Shown piece after piece: positions 57,798-64,000 of a stretch of DNA of 64,000 bases. The stretch is from the human T2T-CHM13v2.0 reference genome, Homo sapiens. The DNA is taken from the NCBI GenBank assembly GCA_009914755.4, contig CP086569.2, forward strand, positions 20,896,001 to 20,960,000. Direction: 5' to 3'. How positions within the stretch are numbered: the stretch's first letter is position 1; each line of letters begins with the position of its first letter. The notes under the pieces were generated by a model. The model was not told where the DNA came from and did not search any database. It was given only the letters and a program-made list of their open reading frames with translations. The position numbers and the translations under genes were made by a program.

Positions 57798-58439
57798 TTA
57801 CTTATTGGTTACACATTAAAAATTACTGTTGTTATTTACAATTCTCAGAAAATATATTCTGCTTAGTTTCAGCTATTAAATTCAATGGCATATTGCAAAC
57901 TTAAAATATTTCCATTCAAATTACTTGTGTCTGGTATTTGAATATAATGGAGATCATTTGTGTATTGGTCAAAAACTATGCTCATTTGTTTCTATGCCTA
58001 ATTAGTTTATAATAATTCATGTTTATTTAGTTGAATAACAAAACAGTTAATTTCTATAAGTGCACAAAATCTTAATTAGACAAGAAGAATAAGATTTAGT
58101 TATCAGTTGCACAAAGTAATGAATATAATACATAATACGTATTGTGCTTTTCAAAATTGCTATGAAGAGTGGATTGTAAATGTTTTCAATACAAAAATTG
58201 TGAGGATAAGTGATAATGAATTTCTTAGTTTCATTTAATCATTTACAACATAAACTATCAAAATATGACACTCCATTAAAAATTTATACAATTGTTTTCA
58301 GTTAAAAAGATAATTTTTAAAAAGATATCAACTTTTTCATCTTTGATTTACCCTATTTAAACTTAGATATTAAGAATAGTGTTTAACATATTATATATGT
58401 TAAATAATAACTATTCTGATTGTCAAATTATATTTTATT

Positions 58440-59395
<956 letters not shown>

Positions 59396-59414
59396 ACTAT
59401 GTGGAATGACCAGA

Positions 59415-60960
59415 TCTACAGTTGACAGGTTGTACCTGAAAGTGATGGGGAGAATGGAGCCAAGTTGGAAAACACTCTTCAGGATATTATCCAGGAGAAC
59501 TTCCCCAACCCAGCAAGGCAGGCCAACATTCAAATTCAGGAAATACAGAGAACACCACAAAGATACTCCTTGAGAAGAGCAACTCCAAGACAAATAATCG
59601 TCAGATTCACCAAGGTTGAAATGCAGGAAAAAGTGTTAAAGGCAGCCACAAAGAAATGTTGGGCTACCCACAAAGAGAAGCTCAACAAACTAATAGCAGA
59701 TGTTTCTGTAGAAACACTTCAAGCCAGAAGACAGTAGGCGCCAATATTCAACATTCTTAAAGAAAATAATTTTCAAGCCAAAATTTCATATGTAGCCAAA
59801 CTAAACTTCAAAAGTGAAGGAGAAATAAAATCCTTTACAGGCAAGCAAATGCAGAGAGATTTTGTCACCACCAGGCCTCTCTTACAAGAGCTCCTCAAGG
59901 AAGCACTAAACATGGAAAGGAACAACTGGTACCAGCCACTGCAAAAACATACCAAATTGTAAAGAACATCAACATTATGAAGAAACTGCATCAACTAACG
60001 GGCAAAACAACCAGCTAACATAATAATGACAGGAATAAATTCACATTTAACAATATTAATCTTAAATGTAAATGAGCTAAATGCCCCAATTAAAAGACAC
60101 AGAATGGCAAATTGGATAGAGTCAAGACCCATCAGTGTGCTGTATTCAGGAGACCCATGTCTCGTGCAAAGATACACACGGCCTCAAAATAAAAGGATGG
60201 AAGAATATTTACCAAGCAAATGGAAACCAAAAAAACAAGAGCTGCAATCCTGATCACTGATAAATCAGACTTTAAACCAACAAAGATCAAAAGAGACATA
60301 GAAGGCTATTACATAACGGTAAAGGGATCAATCCAGTAAGGGAGCTAACTATCCTAAATATATGTGCACACAATACAGGAGCACCCAGATTCATAAAGCA
60401 AGTTCTTAGAGAGCTACAGAGACTTGGCCTTCACACAATAATAGTGGGAGATTTTAACATCCTATTGTCAATATTAGACAGATAAATGAGGCAGAAAATT
60501 AGCAAGGATATTCAGGACATGAACTCAGCTCTGGACCAAGCAGACCTAATAGATTTCTACACAACTCTCCACCCCAAATCAATAGAATATACATTCTCCT
60601 CAGGAGTTCCTCGGACTTATTCTAAAATTGACCACATAATTGGAAGTAAAACACTCCTCAGCCAATACAAAAGAATGGAAATCATAACACTCTCTCAGAC
60701 CACAGTGCAATCAAATTGGAACTCACAATTAAGAAACTCACTCAAAACCGCACAACTACGTGGAAACTGAACAGGCTGCTTCTGAATGACTACTGGGAAT
60801 ACAATGAAATGAAGGCAGAAATATTTTCCTTGAAACCAATAAGAACAAAGGCACAATGTGTCATAATCTCTGGGACACATATAAGGCACTTTTTAGAGGA
60901 AAATTTATAGTACTAAATGCCCATAAGAGAAAGGAGGAAAGATCTAAAATTGACACCCTT
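59415..60960 (+). mobile_element. L1PA fragment B: ORF1 C-terminal half, the inter-ORF region, and the ORF2 EN domain to about aa 330
   Basis: ORF 59465-59737 reads ENTLQDIIQENFPNPARQANIQIQEIQRTPQRYSLRRATPRQIIVRFTKVEMQEK (ORF1). ORF 60026-60253 reads MTGINSHLTILILNVNELNAPIKRHRMANWIESRP (ORF2 start). ORF 60486-60770 reads ...LIDFYTTLHPKSIEYTFSS (EN). The fragment ends ...KIDTL at 60960. Confidence 0.8.
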
Positions 60961-63045
60961 CTAATGTTGTTGGGTAAAATAGAGACATGAGTGTCCTATC
61001 AAATTAATTTAATTCAGTGCTTAGATAAATGCAGTTTAATGGCACAAGAAAACAGAAAAACAACATAAATTCAAATTTTTCTGAGATGTAAATGTGTCCA
61101 ATTAAAATTATAATTTGAAGGTCATGAAAACAATGCAGAAATGTTGACAATTAGTCTTACTTTGTCCTATTCATAAATGACTGAGATAGAACATTGCACT
61201 GAAACCACTTAATATGTACTTATAAAAGATATAATGTGCAGTTGAAATGTTGTTAATGTAAAACTCCAAAACTTGAGCCAGTAAATAAACATTTGTTTTA
61301 ACTCCCAGAACCAAACAATGGATAGATTTATCAACATGCATTTTCACCCTCAGTTCACTGTGGTTCTGTTGTCATGATGGAACCAGAAAAAAAGTATCAG
61401 GACTTAAAAGTGTAATGGCTTTCATATTTTGAAGACTATGGTTTTCCTGTATAATACTTGAACTTGGCCTAATAAGATGTGTGCAATTGCTTAAAAACTA
61501 CAGTTCATTTACTTTTATTAAAAGTACATACAGTATAAGCAATCCAATAAAAAGTAAAACAATTAGATAAATAATAGATTAGAGTTTTAATAATTTATTT
61601 TTTCCCCATGGTGTATTCTGTTTATACCATGTATTTCATGCTCCTCTCACTGTAAATGACTATCATGCACCGAAAAATACTGATTTGCTGAATTATCAGA
61701 TGGAGTATTTTTCCAACAAGGCTCTTGAGGTCACTGGTCCTGATGCTGGACAAGAAAAGACTATCATAGCATTGATGGCTAAAGTATAATTATTTTTATA
61801 TTTCTTTTGGAAATTTAGCTACACTCACAGAAGCTAACAACTAATAGTTTTCAATAGCATATATGTGCATCCCAAAGATATTCATTGTGTTTTTAAATTT
61901 TAAAATTAGTTTCCTGTTTGTATTTTTACTTGAGGCATCTGCATACTTTGCTATGAAAAAAATTGATATTTGCAATAATATGCTGCCAACCTGAGAGGAG
62001 TGTTATAGAAGAAAATAATCACAAAAGTCACCTGTATTTTGTCCACAGTGCAAAGAACTGGGATCTACTAGATCGAGTAAGAACTTTTGGTTCTTACTGT
62101 GATATGAAGCCCAAGGATGATTACAGCTGAGGGATAAACCAAGCACTATCAGGAGAGAGAAAATGCAGGTTCAGTGCATCCTTATTATATTGGATTTCAC
62201 TATAGACTGTTTTTAATATTCTAAGTCCAATGTGTCTACATAATGATGGATAAAGTGGAGAAAATGTTATTATTAAATTAACCAGAAATCAATGATTGAT
62301 TATGTAGGCTTAAATTAGATATCTGAAAAAAAGAGAAGTCTACTAAAAAGAAGCCATTTACACAAATTCAGGAGCTGTTTTGCGTGCAACTAATATTTTC
62401 ACTGAAAATAAAAGAAGTTTTCTAAAACCTCTTTCCTCATCTTTGTCAAAATATATAATTTTTAGAGTAGGGTTATTTATGATAAAATTTATTGTCATTT
62501 TATGTACAAATGTCCAATGGTCATCACAGTCATTTAAAAATATAATTTATATGATAAAATATTCATTCATTTTATGTTTAATCAAAAGTGTTATATATAG
62601 CTATATACACTGAGCAGCATTTTCAGACGTGACTGCTTATTGACAATATATAATTGTTATGAAAATTTTCTATGACAAATCAACAGGGGATTTGTTGATG
62701 TGGTAGCTATAGGTGGGAAAAAGTATAAATCAACAGGAACATTTAGAAAAGGTAAACACCATTTCCACCAATATTAATTCCACAAAAGAAGCTTTTTCAA
62801 ATAGACAAATGCCAGAAGAGCAAATACGGTAATCAATCAAAACCATCAAGTGACTGCAATGAAATTACTCTTTGTTGGTAATTGAACTTAGTGTAGGTGC
62901 TACTGAAAACACAAAGCTACTGGCAAGCATATTCCTAATCTCACACATATGTCAGTTCTCTAAAGAAAAAGAGTAAGTAGCGTAAGTGTCAATACAGAGG
63001 ACAGAAAAAGATCAGCAGAAGTCTGACTACAAGTTGTATGGTATG

Positions 63046-64000
63046 ATTTTTTTATTTTATTTTTACTTTTATTATAACAAATTCTGGGATACATGTACAG
63101 AACGGGCAGGTTTGTTACATAAGTATACAAGTCCCTTGGTGGTTTGCTCTGCCCATCAACCAATCATATACATTAGGTATTTCTCCTAATGCTATCCTTC
63201 CCCTAACCCCCACCCTCTGACAGGCCCTGGTGTGTGATATTCCCCTCCATGTGTCCATGTGTTCTCATTATTCAACTCCCACTTATGAGTGAGAACATGT
63301 GGGGTTTCGCTTTCTGTTCCTGTGTTAATTTGCTGAGAATGATGGTTTCCAGCTTCAACCATGTCCCAGCAAAAGGACATAAACTCATTCTTTTTTGTGG
63401 CTGCATAGTATTCCATGGTGTATATAAGCCACATTTTCTTTATCCAGTCTATCATTCATGGGCATTTGGATTGGTTCAAAGTCTTTGCTGTTGTGAATAG
63501 TGCTACAGTAAACACACATGTGCATGTGTCTTTATAATAGAATAATTTATAATCCTTTGGGTGTATACACCATAATAGGATTGCTGGGTCAAATGGTATT
63601 TCTGTTTCTAGATCTTTGAGTAATCAGCACACTGTCTTCTATTAGTTCTATGTTGAACTGATTTACACTCCCACCAACAGTATAAAAGTGTTCCTATTTC
63701 TCCACATCCTCTTCAGCATTTGTTGTTTTCTGACTTTTTAATGATCACCATTCAAACTGGCATGAGATGGTATCTCATTGTGGTTTTCATTTGCAATTCT
63801 CTAATGACCACTGAGGATAAGCATTTTTTTATGTGTTTATTGGCTGCATAAATGTCTTTTTTTTTTTTTTTTTGAGACTGAATAGCCAGGATGGTCTTGA
63901 TCTCCTGACCTTGTGATCTGCCCACCTCGACCTCCCAAAGTGCTGGGACTACAGGGATGAGCCACAGCACCCGGGCCATAAATGTCTCCTTTTGAGAAGT
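63046..64000 (-). mobile_element. L1PA 3' end (ORF2 C-terminus plus 3'UTR). It continues beyond the window end and carries a nested Alu-monomer insertion.
   Basis: The plus strand shows the reverse-complemented L1 3' end: tttttattttatttttacttttattataacaaattctgggatacatgtacagaacgggcaggtttgttacataagtatac... ORF 63192-63455 (minus) reads [27 protein letters not shown]. Confidence 0.85.
63858..63977 (-). mobile_element. Free left Alu monomer (FLAM-like) or 3'-truncated Alu with a poly-A tail, nested in the L1
   Basis: T(17)gagactgaatagccaggatggtcttgatctcctgaccttgtgatctgcccacctcgacctcccaaagtgctgggactacagggatgagccacagcacccgggcc. A 10-11-bp target-site duplication, (c)ATAAATGTCT, lies at 63847-63857 and 63978-63987. 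Confidence 0.75.

Overview
This is not prokaryotic DNA and I find no novel biological system in it. It is primate (human-like) nuclear DNA: AT-rich, gene-poor, and more than half interspersed repeats. I cannot assign the species or chromosome from the sequence alone.

What the window contains:
- Three L1PA-type LINE-1 copies. One runs off the window start on the minus strand (1-4545). One is complete at 6.1 kb on the plus strand (41479-47620), flanked by an 11-12 bp target-site duplication, with both ORFs dead. One is a 5' portion on the minus strand (52212-53490), followed by a second 5'UTR fragment (53500-54393).
- At least six older L1 fragments (L1M/L1PB-like), four of them carrying later Alu or FLAM insertions.
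- About 14 Alu or Alu-derived elements, six of them clustered at 12.4-16.7 kb.
- An internally deleted class-I endogenous retrovirus related to ERV9/HERV-W (16839-22344, minus strand). Its LTRs are LTR12-like and carry tandem CCAAT (NF-Y-type) repeats. It retains gag, protease, the RT N-terminus and the env TM domain.
- A complete THE1/MST-class MaLR element, LTR-internal-LTR (24152-26430), with a perfect 5-bp GATTC target-site duplication, plus a solo MaLR LTR.
- Several microsatellites: (AC)22, (AAAAT)n, a compound GT/AT repeat, and long homopolymer tails.
- A decayed C2H2 zinc-finger array remnant (11690-12240, minus strand).

I see no intact host protein-coding gene, no rRNA or tRNA gene, no CRISPR array and no CpG island. 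Every sizeable ORF in the six-frame track falls inside a transposable element. The items worth a second look are structural rather than a new system:
- the two LTRs of one provirus differ in repeat copy number;
- the provirus has a clean pol/env-SU deletion;
- a 62-aa antisense ORF recurs in all three L1 5'UTRs and overlaps the ~130-bp segment missing from L1PA2/L1HS;
- one L1 shows two canonical 5' termini in tandem;
- two L1 fragments are arranged in permuted order.
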